A stretch of DNA of 62,803 nt, filler included, from Guillardia theta CCMP2712 (GCF_000315625.1; 4 parts of 4 records of this genome joined end to end with filler, not necessarily neighbours in it); one strand, 5' to 3'. Shown: positions 1-21,409, counted from the first letter of the whole stretch. The notes: generated by a model from the sequence alone, not told the origin. Made by a program: numbers and translations.

Positions 1-67
1 CCCTCCTCTTCGTCCCCCCCCCCCCCCCCCCCGGTGTCTCCCTCTTCTTACTCCTTCGCTTCCTCAG

Positions 68-626
68 GGTTTGGGATCTTCGTAACTTTCAGAATGGACA
101 ACCTGTCGCGAACTTCGACTGGCACGCCGAGGCGATCACATCGATCGAATGGTGAACGTCTAACACCTGCTCCCTGCTCCCTCTCTCCTGCCCCCTCCTT
201 CATCCCTCCTCCCTCCTGCTTTCTCCCTCCTGCCTTCTCTCTCCTCCCGCCTCGCTCCATTCTCTTCTACCTTCTCCGTTCTCCTCCCTCCTTACTCCTC
301 CCTCCTCCCTCCCACCACCACACACTCCTCTCCATCCTCCCTCCCACCACCACACACTCCTCTCCCTCCTCCCTCTGCTCCCTCCTCCTCGTTGACGCTT
401 CCCTCCCACTACCACACACTCCTCTCCCTCCTCCTTCTGCTCTCTCCCCCATCTTTCCCCTCCTCCTCGTTGACGCTTCTCCAGGTGCCCTGACCAGCCG
501 TCTGTCATCGCTGCCTCTGCTGCAGACAATCAGCTCACCTTGTGGGACATGTCGCTAGAGAGAGACGCCGAAGCAGAGGCCCAGATGATCGCCGAGGTCT
601 CCTGCTTCTCCTGCTCCTGCTCCGCT

Positions 627-710
<84 letters not shown>

Positions 711-939
711 CTCCTCTTCTCCCCGCCCTCTTCTCGCTTCCTGCTCCATTTCCCCTCGTTTTCCTCTTCATCTGACATGGCGGCAGGGCATGGCGGTCCC
801 GGAGGTACCTCCCCAGCTCATCTTCATCCACCAGGGGCAGAAAGACATCAAGGAGATTCACTGGCACCCCCAGTGCCCTGGCGTGTTGGGCTCGACGGCA
901 GCCGACGGGTTCAACATCTTCAAGACCATCAACTCGTAG
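68..939 (+). CDS. GRWD1: Glutamate-rich WD40 protein GRWD1/RRB1 (ribosome biogenesis), last three exons; 5' part outside window
   Basis: Spliced exons (~68-150, ~485-596, ~788-939) read [55 protein letters not shown]...[45 protein letters not shown]. This matches the characteristic GRWD1 C-terminus (PPQLLFxHQG...ELHWHPQ.PG...STA..GF.IF.TI). Confidence 0.9.
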
Positions 940-1339
940 ACTTGTGGACGATGACCAGACAGTGACGAGGAGGAGGAGGAGGAGGAGGAGGAGGAGGAGG
1001 TGGTGGTGGTGGTGGTGGTGGAGGAGGAGGAGGAAAGATCTCCCTCCTGCTTTCCTCTCACCCACACAGTGCAAAAGTCTCAGCCGCTTGCTCCTCCCAG
1101 TCCCTCTCCTCGGAGTATTCTTTTCGTGAGACGAGAGGAAAGAAATGAGTCGAAACTTGATCATGTTGCCTCACAACTTCATCATGTTGCCATGTCGTTC
1201 ACCAACTCCTTGCCTTGCCGTCTCTCTTCCAGCTTCACCCCACCCTTGTGTATCACAGAGATGTCACAAGTATAATAGCCTCATGTCATGTCATGTCATT
1301 TTATCTGATTCTCATTTTATCTGATCTCATTTTATCTGA

Positions 1340-1450
1340 TCTCATTTTATCTCATCTCATCTCATCTCATCTCATCTCATCTCATCTCATCTCATCTCAT
1401 CTTATCTCATCTCATCTCATCTCATCTCATCTCATCTCATCTCATCTCAT
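1340..1450. repeat. (ATCTC)n pentanucleotide microsatellite
   Basis: Directly visible; the same repeat recurs at 52148-52435. Confidence 0.95.
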
Positions 1451-1560
1451 ATTACGTAATTTCATCCCTCTCTCCTGAAACTCATCTCTCTCCTCTCTCC
1501 TGCCTGCCGCTCTTCCTCTTCTCTTCCCCTCAAAGCTCCGCCTTCTTCTCCCGTCGCTCG

Positions 1561-2883
1561 CTAGGGCGTGAGACTGCTGGCGTTGTACGCGTTGCGCTGG
1601 TTGTTCGTGACGGAGCGAATGAGCGAAAGCTGAGGAAATCTCAGAGGACAAGGCACGACCAGAGGTACAAGGAGGAGGACAGAATGATGCGAGGAGGATA
1701 GAATGATGGTGGAGCAGGGAGGTAGAGTGGTGGAAACGAAACTAGTTGAAGGGACAAGGCCCAGATCATGGAAGGGAGAGGAGAATGACAGGGGGGAAGG
1801 AGGCGGCAGGGAGGAGGAGGATGAGACGTAGTCTTCAGTCCGCACCTGCAGCAGCCCAACACCTGGTCGCAGGACGCCAAGTTGCACAGGCGAACCGACG
1901 GGTCCGAGCAGATTCTTGGCGAGCTCTTCTGCGAGAGGAGAGGCTTACGAGTTGATAAGTCGAGAGAGCGATGGCTGTGAGGGAGCGAAGGAGGAGCAGG
2001 GAGGAGAGAGGGGGAGGAGAAGGAAGAGAAAGAGATGACGGGAACGAGGAGGAGGAGGAGGAGGAGGAGGAGGAGGAGGAGGAGGTTGAGGAAAATGGGA
2101 TGATCTTACGATCTGTCATGCCATCGATCGGTATGCTGTTGACAGTGATGAGAATATCGCCGATCATCACCTTCCATATCAATTAGAGCTGAGGAGGTGG
2201 AGGACGAGGAGGACGAGGACCAGGAGGAGGAGGAGGAGGAGGACGAGGACGAGGACGAGGACGAGGAGATAGACAGGAGGAAATCCAACCTTGTTCTCGG
2301 CAGGGCCACCAAACGAGACTGAGCTCACTCTCAACCCTCCGTCATCAGTTCCCTGCGAGCAGCATCATGAGCAAGAAAGACAGAAGGCAAGGAAGGCAAG
2401 GGGAAGAGCAGCGGGAAGTAGGGAGGGAGAGGGAGAAGGTCCACGGGAAGCAAGAGGCTGAGCATTGAGTTGGTGGGGGCAAGGCACCTGGAAGACGATG
2501 CCAACCCCACCAAGCTGAGGTTTCTCTAATCTCTGAATGCCTTGTCTGACGAGCACGTTTGTCATGGAGGCGAGTGAGGCGTTTGCAGTAATTCTTCTCA
2601 CCTCTCGGGATCTCGTGGAGGAAATTTCTCCCCCTCTGCCAAATCGTCAGGGGAGGAGAGCATCAGGGCTCCGGTTACCTTCTTCCTTCCTACTGTCGGC
2701 AAGAGCAGTCGTGGGTTGCAAGGAGGTTCAAAGTGAGCTGTCGGGAGGGAGCAGAGCAAGCGGAAGAATTGAATTACCTGCAGCTGGAACCAACAGTCAG
2801 TCAGCACATCTTGACATCAGGGGGATATTGCTCCCATCTCACCTACAGCATGCTGTCAAGTTGCCGAGGTTGAACAAGTCCAT
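1561..2883 (-). CDS. Small multi-exon single-PDZ-domain protein
   Basis: Exons joined at GT-AG sites give MDLFNLGNLTACC...QRLEKPQLGGVGIVFQ...SFGGPAENK-VMIGDILITVNSIPIDGMTD..ELAKNLLGPVGSPVQLGVLRPG...LIRSVTNNQRNAYNASSLTP*. This has the PDZ GxGI loop, GPA and GDxI(L)xVN motifs. Exon joins are approximate. Confidence 0.7.
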
Positions 2884-5499
2884 GGCTGTCTGCGGTTTTA
2901 TCGCAAAATGTCATCGGGATGTTGGAGGGGAAAGCGGGGCGATGTACCAAGGTAAATGCAGTTCCGGCAATCAATGTTTCCTGCAGCACAGGACGATCGC
3001 CGTGGAGGGAGAGGACACTAGAGGAGAGGAAGGAGGGGAGGACGGGAGTAGGACTGGATGAAGAGGACTGGCGGAGGGACGAAGCTAGACGGCAGTGACT
3101 CAAGAAGGTTTGGAGGGGACAGGGAGGGAAGTCAGAGGGGTGTAGATTCCGTTCTTGAGTACAAGCACGGGTATATTTCACTATATTTTGTACCGGTATT
3201 TAAAGTACCCTACCCCCAGGTAGTGGGAAGTCACAAATCAAACTCCGGGGCTTCAGCAAAAAATAAAACATTTTAAAAGATGTTGAGTAAACTATTCAGT
3301 ATTGACACAATATTACCTCCGTACATTTTTACAATAGTTTTAGAGAGGGGATCTTCGGAACGACTTAAAAGTCCGACCATGCCCGACTCTGCCGCCAGAC
3401 GCGTGAATGGCGACGGCGAGGAGGCTCCTTCCGGGCGACGATAGAAAGAGAGGAGAACCAGAACATGGACAGAGAAGTTACAACTTGGATGACAAACAGA
3501 GCGATAAAGTCATCTGAACCGGTAGAGAGAGAGGGTTCATGCAGAGACACCTGTTGTGATTTATTCAGAAATTCAGGCACCTAGAGTGATCGCACGACAA
3601 AGCAGATCTTCCTGCAAGCCCCTTCGATCTTCTTTCGTTGAAGATGTCACGACGTCATGCATGGCTTGCATACATCCATGCTGGATGAGCGAATATGAGC
3701 GAATAAGCATGATGGCCGGACACGAAAAGCAAACTTTTCACTCTCCATAAGATACTATGGGTCGTCACATACTCACAACTCACCGTCTAACAATGCCTTC
3801 ACAGCTTGCAATCAGACAAGCAATCAGCATGTGACCGAGTCTTATGCTCGCGTCTTTGCATTCACATTTCATTGCCAAGACACACTCTACATCATCCTAG
3901 CTAGAGTACATTCTACAGTCAAGGTCGATGTTTTTCATCCTGTCCTGCCCCTGCCTCCGGCCCTTGCCCCTCTTTGTCCCTCCCAATCCTCCTGTACCAC
4001 TGCCACCACCTCCTCCCTCTCCTCTGACTAGGTCTGTATCATCTGCCTCTACCGAGTCATCTTCAAGTTCCATGTTCCCCTAGGTAGTTTCCGAATGAAG
4101 TTCTAGGCAGTGTTGTAATACAACTTGACAGGCATTTTCTGATTCCTTATCCATGACTCCTTCCAATAAAACTTCTCCATCAGCATCTGCAGCACCCGAT
4201 GATAGCGGACTACTTCATTCTGATAATGTTCCGATCATTCAAGCGGCTGAACTGGACTGGAACGCGAGCCTGAGTGTCACAGTGGAGGGACAAACTCAAG
4301 AGATTCCGATGGGATATCATTCAACAGCTTGCATGCCAGTTGCCACAGATTGTAGATTTGGTCCACTGTGACCTGGGATGGATAAAAGAGACTCTTGTTG
4401 CAGTGCTCTTGTTGGCCCGGACGGCTCATACGCGCAGAAGACAGCATCTGGTGCTGGAAGTCTGAAAATGCTGTCTCAATAAATTCACCTGAGGCAGACT
4501 TGATCGGCCTTATGTGTTGGGATTCAGCGGGTAGGGGTAGTGATTTGGTCCAACCACCGGGGGTATATACAGGGTAGGGTACAAGGGTATAGGTTGGTGG
4601 GGTATTCATCAATATGAGGACGAGGGGGTAGGGGTAGTTGTTACACGAAGACGGTTTCGGGGGACAAGCAGGAAGAGGAGGACGAGGAAGAGGAGAGAAG
4701 AAGAGGAGTGGAGGGAGGAGATAGGAGATAGAGCATAAGGTGAAGAGCAGGAGAGGAGAGCAAGAGGGCAGGAGGGAAGGAGGAATTGAGGGGAGAAACA
4801 AGTCAAGGGAAGAGAAGCTGTGGGAAACGACTACGTTTGTTTTACAAGTTCGTGCAGACACTTGTTTGCAACAAAACCCGGTTCACAAAGGTGCTCTACT
4901 CAGAGAGGAGAGAATTTGGCAGAAGACACGATTGTTAAGGAACAGGAAGTGTGGTAGGCAAGAAGCTGGACTGAGGAGACGAGGGAAGCTGCATATTGCG
5001 ATGAACGATCAACTCAATCAGCTCAGCATTCAGTTTGGTAGCTTCGGCTTCGACAAGCAATCGTCAGACGTGGCCATGGAGCTGTCTGTGGAGCAGAAGG
5101 AGTGGATAAGACAGCAGTGGTGGAACAATTATTGCGAACAGGTAAATTTGCAGGACAACAAACACCTTGTGCTGAGTTGGTGATCAATCGGGCAGGTGAA
5201 CAGGGGGTGTATTGTTCCTGAGTAGAGACACATGCAGAACGAACATCTAGTTATTCTTTCATGAACATTGCAACGATGTTGAAACAAGCGGAAGGATGTC
5301 ACTTTGATGATGCTCGGAAGGGGTAGATGAGAAGGGGGGAGGAGGAGGAACAAGGATAGAACAAGCGCACTGGATGACAGAAATCCGAGGATGTCGATCT
5401 AACCTGAGAATTCCTGGAAGGATCATCAGAAGAAGCGGCCAAGTGTTATGATTGTAGACATGGTTTATTGTAACTCGTCAGGTTGTACACTTGCCCCTC

Positions 5500-12857
<7,358 letters not shown>

Positions 12858-13126
12858 GTTTGAACGCCCACCCTACCCTTTAGAGCAACCCAACCACCCC
12901 CTTAAACGACAGCTAATTCACGTAGTAATATGGGGTAGGGGGTGGTCGCATAGGGCGGTCACAATGCTTTGTTGCCAACGGTTTGAGCGGGGATGAGGTC
13001 AAATCGGGCCCGGGGCCCGGGCTCACTGACACTGAGTCGGATCAGCGGCGCGCACAGCGGCACAGATCGGACTCCCGCTAGAGGAGGCATGAAACTGAGC
13101 TACGAACAAGTGGACTACCGTAGTAC

Positions 13127-13164
13127 TGTCCTCGTACTGATCTTTGACTTAACTTTAAGTAAAA
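13127..13164 (+). repeat. Copy 1 of dispersed ~37-bp motif GTCCTCGTACTGATYTTTRACTTAACTTTRAGTAAAA
   Basis: Near-identical copies at 28565-28600 (+) and 44331-44371 (-), and a partial copy at 60051-60077 (-). Confidence 0.75.
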
Positions 13165-13329
13165 CCGTAGTAGTAGTGATGATCATCATCGCGGCGGCAT
13201 CTCAGTGGCACTTCAAGGCTTGGCGGCGGCTCGGAGCCTCGGCAGGCCGCCCGGAGGCAGGCCCGGAGGCAGGCCCGGAGGCAGGCCTGAGGCGAGCAGC
13301 GCAGGGGTGGACCCCGGGCCCACGGCCAG

Positions 13330-14880
13330 CGCGGCGCGCATGTCCTGCCGTCCTCATCCCTCGCATCCTCGTCTGCCCCAGCCTCCTTCAGCTCCTGTAT
13401 CTCTTCAACCTCAACATGCAAGCTACATGCAGCGCCGTCCTCCCGTCCTTGGTTTGCGCGTTCAAATCGCATCCTGCAGAGTGCAGCACACGCGGCAGAG
13501 GATCACAATTGCCTGCCCTCGCAGGACTGCCAGGACGGTCGGAGGATTTTTCCCTCCCTTACCTGCTCTATCGACATGCCCAGCATCCGTCAGATTTTCT
13601 GCAACATCTCTTGCCTCCCCCTTGGCCTTCATCGTCTGCTTTGCAAGGCTGCAACACTGCCAGTCGCCCTCTACCTCCTCGATCCAGAACCTCAGCTTGT
13701 TCTTCGCCATCTTCATCATCGCCATCGCTTCCTTGTTGTTGCTCTCGTCATTGTACCACCCGCCTGACTTCCTCCTACCTTGTGGTATTCGAAGCTCGCC
13801 TCACCCTGGCGAGTCTCAGTCGCCCCTAGTTCTCCATCACAGCCACGTAGGGCTGCTTCCTCTTCCCCACCAAGTCCTCGATCGTGGACGTTGTGACGTT
13901 GACGTTGAACTTCAGCTTCACCAGTCTCACCGCCGGCCCTCCACCTCCCTGATCTGGAGCTGCCTGACGACTTCCAGGTAGAACAGGGGGGAGGACAGTA
14001 TCTCCTCCTCCCCGGGATACTGAGATAGGAACTCCAGGCTAGCTCCCCGGTCGATGGCCCCGCAGCTGATCTCGAAGACCATGGGCTGAAGTCCTTGACC
14101 AGCGTACTGGATAGCCGTCTTGATGTCGGTCGTTGTGCTCAGCAGCCCGTACTTCACTCCCCCCGACACTCCCTGCTCCTCCTCCTTCAAGAACCTCCCA
14201 GGCGTCCTCAGCCCGCTCATCTCTCGGAGAACCTTCCGGTTGCTCAGCAGCTGTCGGGATAGTATGACTAGCCTGCTCACCATGTGGCTGTTGATGACCG
14301 CAGCGGCGCTGTTGTACTTGTAGTACATGGGACTTGCCGAAAGGAGTATGAGTACCCACTCCTCTTCATGAACCTCCTCCTCCTCCTCCTCCTCCTCCTC
14401 CTCCTCCTCTTGCTCGTCTTGCTCCTCCTCCTCCTCCCTCTCTTCTTCCTGGTGCTCCTTCCTCCTCAACTGTGTAGAGCAGGAGGGCGAGCACTTCTTC
14501 CTCCTTGATCAGCTGTGCTTTGACAGCAAGTTCATCTTGCATCAGCTTCTCCGCATCTCAGATGATCCAGTGACCGCCCATTCCCTCGCCACTCTAATCT
14601 TTTTGGTTTCCATCTTCTCCCCTCCGCTACCTTCTCCTCCATGGCGCTGCCGACGCTGAGGGCGACAAGCAGCCGGTGCGCGAGGAAGTTGTGCCATTCA
14701 CAACTTCCCATCCACATGGTCGCGTCTCTTGTAGAGCTTCCCCAACATCGACAGAGCCTCGTCAGGGAGGACTCGCTCCTCCAGTCCTCATGAACGTCCT
14801 CAGTTTCGCTAGGTTCCCCCTTGATGTTTGTTAGCCTTTCGTTGGCATCTTCCAGCTCTCTGTTCCTCGCTGACAGGGCC
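13330..14880 (-). pseudogene. Degenerate NAD:arginine-type mono-ADP-ribosyltransferase domain plus ankyrin-repeat gene
   Basis: LIKEEEVLALLLYT / PMYYKYN, KVLR, GLLSTTTD, DRGASLEFLSQYPGEEEIL (R-S-ExE ART motifs), followed by ankyrin-like fragments (ELKEAGADEDARDEDGRT). Multiple stops and frameshifts, and a (CTC)n insertion at ~14345-14470. Confidence 0.7.
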
Positions 14881-15168
14881 TTGACTTATGATACAATACA
14901 AGTCCGCCTTTTCCAATGAATATTTGAGCCTCTGAGGTAAGATGTTACATCAGACGAAGAATGCAGATTCTTCGTTTGATTTGACACCGAGGAACTTAGT
15001 TTGATTATCTTTTACATGTACTCGTTCAACATTGTCAACCCTTCACTCTAGAGCCACAAACACACAAACTTCATATCTCTTCCTCCTCCTCCTCCTCCTC
15101 GCCTTTTGTTGCTCGTTTCTTCCCTCCTCCTCCATCGTCGTCGTTGTTCTTTTGCTCCTTTTCTCCTC

Positions 15169-15412
15169 CTATGTCTCCGGGCTACTCGATCGCTGCAAGC
15201 TGATCTCTGCCCTCCTTCGCTGCATGTACTCTTTCAGCTCCTCGTCGACCTCCTCCTCCTCCTCCCCTTCGCTGCCCCCTCCAGCCTGTCCGCGAGAATC
15301 CTCGCCAGCAACAAAAGCAGGGAAGGAGAGTTCCCTCTGTGAAGAGATTGAATACTCCTCCCTCACTCTATCCCTTTGCCATATCGAAATATCCACTGCT
15401 TGCTGAGCGAGT

Positions 15413-15496
<84 letters not shown>

Positions 15497-16317
15497 ACTT
15501 CGACAAGACGGTCTGCATGCTGCTGTCGGGGATCCGTGGCTACAGGGTCCCGAACTTCGTTGACGGCGGACGAGGTCTGATGGAGCTGCGGGGGAGGGCG
15601 AGGGTCGTGCAGCAGACGCCTCATCCTCCAGTCCTTGAACGCGACCTGACCCTTGAGCGTCCTCACCTGCTGCTCCAGCTCACTGTTGGATGACACGAAA
15701 AGGCCCAGCCGCTCCTCCAGCTCCTCTGCTCTGCCGGCCACCAGCTCGGCCGTCTCCTGCTCCACCTGCTGGCACTCCTGGGCGTGCTGCCTGACCATGG
15801 CGAGCTGCTGGAGTAGGTGGTGGACGCCTAGCTGGGCCCTGAGGCTCGCCTGAGCGATGTCGCGCGAGAGGAGTTCGCGCTCTGTGCTGAGGGACGTGAC
15901 TTCCAGCTGCAGCGAGCTCGACAGTAGCTGGAGCCTCCTGCCCCACTCCGCCCTGCTGGACTCGAACCTCTCCCTCGTGCGCTCCATGACTGTCGCGTGC
16001 TTCTTGAGCGCCTCCTCGTGCTTCCTCTGCAGGTGCTCCCGGTCCGCCTGCAAGCGAGCTGCGAAGTCGCGCTCCTGCTCCATGGCGGACCTCTCGCTGG
16101 ACTGCTGCTGTGCCCGGAGGTCCGCAGCTGCTCGCTCCTCCTCCTCCTTCCTCCTCTCCTCGCAGCTCTTCAAGTCCTCCAAGAGCTTCTGTGCCGCTCT
16201 CCCTGCGCGGCCTGCGTCCCTCAGCCTCATCCAGGCGAAGAAGCAGGTCAGCGTCTGCTTGCTCCATCAGCTCCTCCTCCTCCATCTCCTCCTCCTCCTC
16301 CACCACCACCACCACCA

Positions 16318-16373
<56 letters not shown>

Positions 16374-18629
16374 GTCCAAGAGGAATCTCACCGTCAGGGT
16401 TCGCTGCTGCCGCCATGCGCTCTTGGCTTGCAAGTCGCCAACGGTGCGAGTGAATCGTGTCTGTGAGGGAGAAATTGGATGAGAGAGGAGAAAGGCAGAT
16501 GGATGGAAAGATACAGGCGCAGAACAAGAATGACACGACAGGTGGATACTGCACAGGAGGATGTAGCCACACGATACTCTGAGCAATCATATCCTCATAA
16601 TACCGCGTTATCACATCCCACATCACATCACATCACATCACATCACATCACATCACATCACATCACATCACATCACATCACATCCAATCACGTCTTACCC
16701 AGCCTTGCCAGCTGGTGTAGATCACAGCTTGTTTCCGCTTATTCTTGCCATGATAATGGAGAGTTGATATTCGATGTTTGCATTCTGACTGTAAAACGCA
16801 ATCTCGACAACCCCGGAAGAATGCTCGCCTAGTCCGCTCTGACCTGTCAACAACCAAAGTCACCACGGATACGATAATGTGAGGAGGGAAAGAGGGAGAA
16901 GGAACTGAGTAGGAGGGGGTGCGAGAAGGGAGGAAGGAGGAGGGGCAGTGAGAAGGGAGAATGGAGCGAAGAGGAGGCAGGAGAAAAGAGGGAGGAGGAA
17001 GACGGAGGACGAGGATAGAGGAGGGAGGATGAGTATCATGTTGTGATGTATGGAGCAGCAGACCGTTTCATGTTTAGCAGGTTGCCAAGAGCGTTTGACA
17101 TTCTCTCTGTCCAGTACGTCCTCTGAACATTTGAACTCCAAGTTCACAAAGGAGCAAGTCAAGAAGTTGAGACCTGAAGCTGGCAGCAGGACTCCCAAAG
17201 TTGATGGGATATAGAGGATAGTTGCTGAGGAAAGCGAATGAGGAGCAAACACTTGCCGTACGACATGCACGGGAAGCAATGGACAAACTGAATTGCAGAG
17301 TCTCATCATACAGCTCATCTCGTTTCACCTCTCCCACGTCCCCGTGTAGGACAGATCGCATCTCCGGAGGAATCTGCGAGAGCAGCAGGTGAGAAAACAT
17401 CTCACAGTTCCCCTTTCTCAGCATTCATCTCCACGTGTCATGATACATCGAAGACATCGGACGTGTCACCCTCAACAGGTCAACCATGAACTCACCGTCT
17501 CTGATCGCTGCAGCCTCTTTTTCCCTCCTTCTGCAAGCAACTCGTCATGAGAGTCCTTCTCCTTCTCGTCTTCCCTCCCTCCCTCCCTCCCTTCACGCCT
17601 CCTCCTGCCTCCTACCTCCTGCCTCCTCCCTGTCCATATCCTCCTCCTCCTGCTTCCTTCTCCTCCTTCTCGTTGCTCCTCTTCCCCTCCCCAACGAATG
17701 TGAATCACCTGAGCCCTGCCGATGGTACAGGTCCTCCCACCGCAGAGCCCTTCCTCTGTGCGACGAAGAAGCCTTCGTCCTCCTGCCTCCACCGTCCTCG
17801 AACTCGAGCACCATGCTTTCATGACTCTTGTCATGCAGGAATTGCCTCTGCCCCTCCTCTCCTTCCCCATCCCCCTCCTCCTCGTTCTCTTCCCCGTTCT
17901 CCTCGCTCTCCTCCTGTTTCCTGTTGTTTCCCTTGTCTCTGCTGCTCGCTCTTCTCGCCAGGGACATCTCTGAAAAGGTTTAAGAGTCAATTCACCTGTG
18001 ATACATCACAATCATCAACGAGACCGAACGCATCGAGCTCCAGGCTAGATACATGTGAGATAAGTAGTTTGCGGAGCATCGCCACCACATCTCTTGTCTC
18101 GTCTCCTCCACCTGTTGAGCGCGTTTGAGAGCAGGAGAGCTGCAGCAGCGAGAAGGTAGAAGAGAAAGGAGGGGAGAACAAGAGGTGGTGGGGAGAGGAG
18201 AGTAGAGGAGAGGAGAGGAGAGGAGAGGAGAGGAGAGGAGAGGAGAGGAGAGGAGAGGAGAGGAGAGGAGAGGAGAGGAGGGGGGAAAGGTTGGAGGAGA
18301 GAAGAAGGGAGGAGTTGAGTTGAGAGGAAGAGAAGGAAGGAGAGGGAGAACAGGGGAGGTCAAAAGGGGTTGTTACTTTTCTCGAGGAGCAAGAGGAGCT
18401 GGTGAATGCCCTCGACGAGTCTGTCGTGATTGATTTTGAATTTCCTTGCCGCTGCTGAGGAGATCTGTTGGATCAGGTCAGGTCAGGGAGGAGTAAGAGG
18501 AGGAAAGTTGTTCAAACACCTCCAGCGATCTTCTCAATATCTTTTCCTTTTCGTCGAAGGTCTTCCTGACCTCCTCCAACTTCGCGTTGAAGTTCTGTTG
18601 CTGCATCCAGACATCATTTGCATGAAGGC

Positions 18630-18687
<58 letters not shown>

Positions 18688-21145
18688 AGTGGTGGTGGTG
18701 GTGGTGGTGATGATGATGATGATGGTGAACGATGATGGAGAATGCACATGACACTATATGGAATCACACGTAAAACTTAATCACATCACATCATGTCAAG
18801 TGCCGATTGATTTCGTGCGTATGAACATCACAACAAATAAGGGGAGTATTCAAAAAGCTCACCATTTGCGCCTGTGTGAGCTGGGCTTGTTCGATCTCTG
18901 ATCTACAAATGAACAATGTTAGCAGCAAATTCCAGCATAAAAGTTCCATCGCCATCACTATCATCACCTCCACCATCATTCATCATCATCATTGCAAGTT
19001 CAATACCTTGCAACCTCCTGCAGTTTTGCAATCTCTCTCGACTTGGCGCTTTCAAGGAGGGACATCGCCTCATTGAATTTCGCTTGCTTGCTGTTCGCAC
19101 CTCCATCACAGAATTCTTGACCATCAGAAGCGAATCTCACGTTCGGATCGCTTCTTGTACTCTTCCTAGATCTGACTTAGATGAGTTGCTCAGCTTTTCG
19201 ATCTCCTCCTTGTGCTGTACTGTCTTCAACCACAATCCAATGGCTCTCTTTTCAAACCTTCAGTTTCAATGCTTTCATCTCTTCTTCCAATTGCATTCTT
19301 CGCTTGTCAGCCGTCTGAGTAAAATCCATCACCATCAACGTCTATGCCATATCATCATCACCATCCAACATCATTATCATTTACAAATCATTACAAATCA
19401 TCGCCAACATTTGCATCATCACAAAATTCAACTACATCTCCATCACCACATCTCCATCATCGTCTCTCATCACTATAAGTAGCTCAACCTGCAAGTCGAA
19501 GGTCTCTCGGTCCTTGTTCACTTTGATCATCCTGTCCATATCATCCCTGCCATGCGCTCTCGCTGAACGAGCACACAAACATGCTCGTGACACCGATCAT
19601 CATAGCGAGAAAAAGCATTTCACCAGCTTCAAGCTCCGCCCTCAGTCTTGTCGCCGTTGCCTCCGATTCACCTGTTGTCTCCCCCTTCACGTGCAGGAAC
19701 ACACTCTCGCTTACACACAAACCTAGCAGCTTGCGAAGCTCGTTGGAGTTCTGCTCGCAGCTTTGAAGCTTCCTCTTCAATGCCTCTCTCTCCTTCTCCC
19801 ACTCCCTTCTCAGGTCGTCAGCCACCTGACAGGACAAAGTCAGACAAGACAAGAGGGTCAAGATCGCTCAGATCAGACACCTGACTGACTTGGTTCGCTT
19901 TCTGAAACTTGGTCTCTAAGGTCTCAACCTTTCAACATCTCAGTCTTCCCTCCACGTCGTCGACCAATCAACTGCTCCCCTCACCTCCCTCGCATGACTC
20001 GCCGCCATCCTCTGCATCTCAACAGACAGCACGGTCGACTCTCTCTGCAGCTTTCGCTCCTGCAAGCTGATCGTTCCCTGCCAGCGACTCTGAGATGACA
20101 GCCAGGAGCGTTCTTGCCAACCTTGAGCTCGGCAACCTTCTTTTCCGCCGCCTCACATCTCACTGTCATATCTTGCATTGCCTTGATGTGAGCATGCTGA
20201 ATCTGCCTCTTTTCATCCTCTAACACTTTGATCTTCTTCTGACATCTGTGCAGGCTTCTTCTCAGTCGCCAACATCACAAGATATCTCGTGTGTACGTTG
20301 ACAGCTTCTCAATCATGTCATGGACGGTGTTGGACACGTCGTTCCGAGATCGCAACTGTCAACGCAGACGTCACTTTCCCCTCGCACTTGTCAAACTTCC
20401 TTGTCAAACCTGCGAGGAGTAAGCTCGTTCAATCTCCAGCGCCTCCTGAGATATCGGATGTCATGTCAGCCCGCAGCGAGCACGAGCAAGAGTCGGTTCA
20501 CGACCAGCTTCTTCGTCGTTGCCTCAAGGGCACGACGAAGAGAAGAGTTCTGCAACGATGTTGGATCAGACCTAGAGGCATGTGAAGTTGTACGAACATG
20601 AGACCTCTTCATGCAGGTTGTCCCGCTCCTTTCGCAGCACTGACAGGTTCCGCTCATAGTCTTGGACTGCGATCGAGAACTTCTTGCTCGAGTCGGAGGA
20701 GCCTTGCCTAACTGAAGGGCAACAAGCCGTCAACTCCTCGCACATCCTCGACTTTCAGTACATTCAGACGCGCTCATCGGCCTGTTGTTCGCCTGTCTGG
20801 AGACCGATCTTTCAACTGCGACGTCGCCAGCGGCCTTCTCGCTGCTCTGCTGAGCTTTGCTTCTGTTTTCCGCTAGAGATCGCAGCCCTCTGCTCCCAAC
20901 AACCTGCCGGCATCTTCAGGTCCATCACAACATGACATGACGAGCGGAGATACCGAGACACTCTTATCGTCATCCATCCCGTCGGCATAAAGTTCGGCCT
21001 TCACCCAGTCCGGCCTGACAAGAATCCTTGTAAGCTCCAGTGCTTCAGTCGCAAGGGTCTCACAACCATTTCTTGTTGAGGAACGACATGCTCCAGCAGC
21101 TTTCAACCTTGCCCCTGTATCATGTTGGCTACCCTCTGCGCTCAC
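15169..21145 (-). CDS. Large multi-exon coiled-coil protein of unknown function
   Basis: Many short GT-AG-bounded exons with E/K/Q/R-rich heptad sequence (e.g. QQQNFNAKLEEVRKTFDEKEKILRRSLE; DDLRREWEKEREALKRKLQSCEQNSNELRKL; long terminal exon 15169-16390). Start position is uncertain. Confidence 0.6.
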
Positions 21146-21409
21146 CCAGAGTCAGTCAGTGCGGAGGACCAAGGGGACAGGACACTGGGTCACAGCTAAC
21201 AAGCAGATAGAAGCAAGTGTGGTAGCCTAGCATGGATGGCTCGGTTCAAGTTGTGCTGGCACTGGCACTAGTGTTTGGATAGACAAGGCCATGTCTGTGC
21301 GTGCATGAGCTTGCTGCAGTGAAGTTTCCAAGGCAAGGCATGGCGCTTTGACATCGCAGGTCAACGGCAGCACAACGGCTCTGGTAACCGAAGTCTGAGA
21401 GAGGGGATC

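Noticed and set aside
3300-5450. Complex non-repetitive sequence with short ORFs, possibly decayed transposon or gene fragments
   Set aside because: No motif I can assign and many stops; needs tBLASTx.
13127-13164. Interpretation of the 37-bp motif as a spliced-leader exon
   Set aside because: No consistent donor GT or Sm site follows the copies, and I cannot verify the leader sequence; left as an unexplained motif.
12993-13981. 278-aa and 258-aa plus-strand ORFs
   Set aside because: They span a GC island and the antisense strand of the ART-ankyrin pseudogene.
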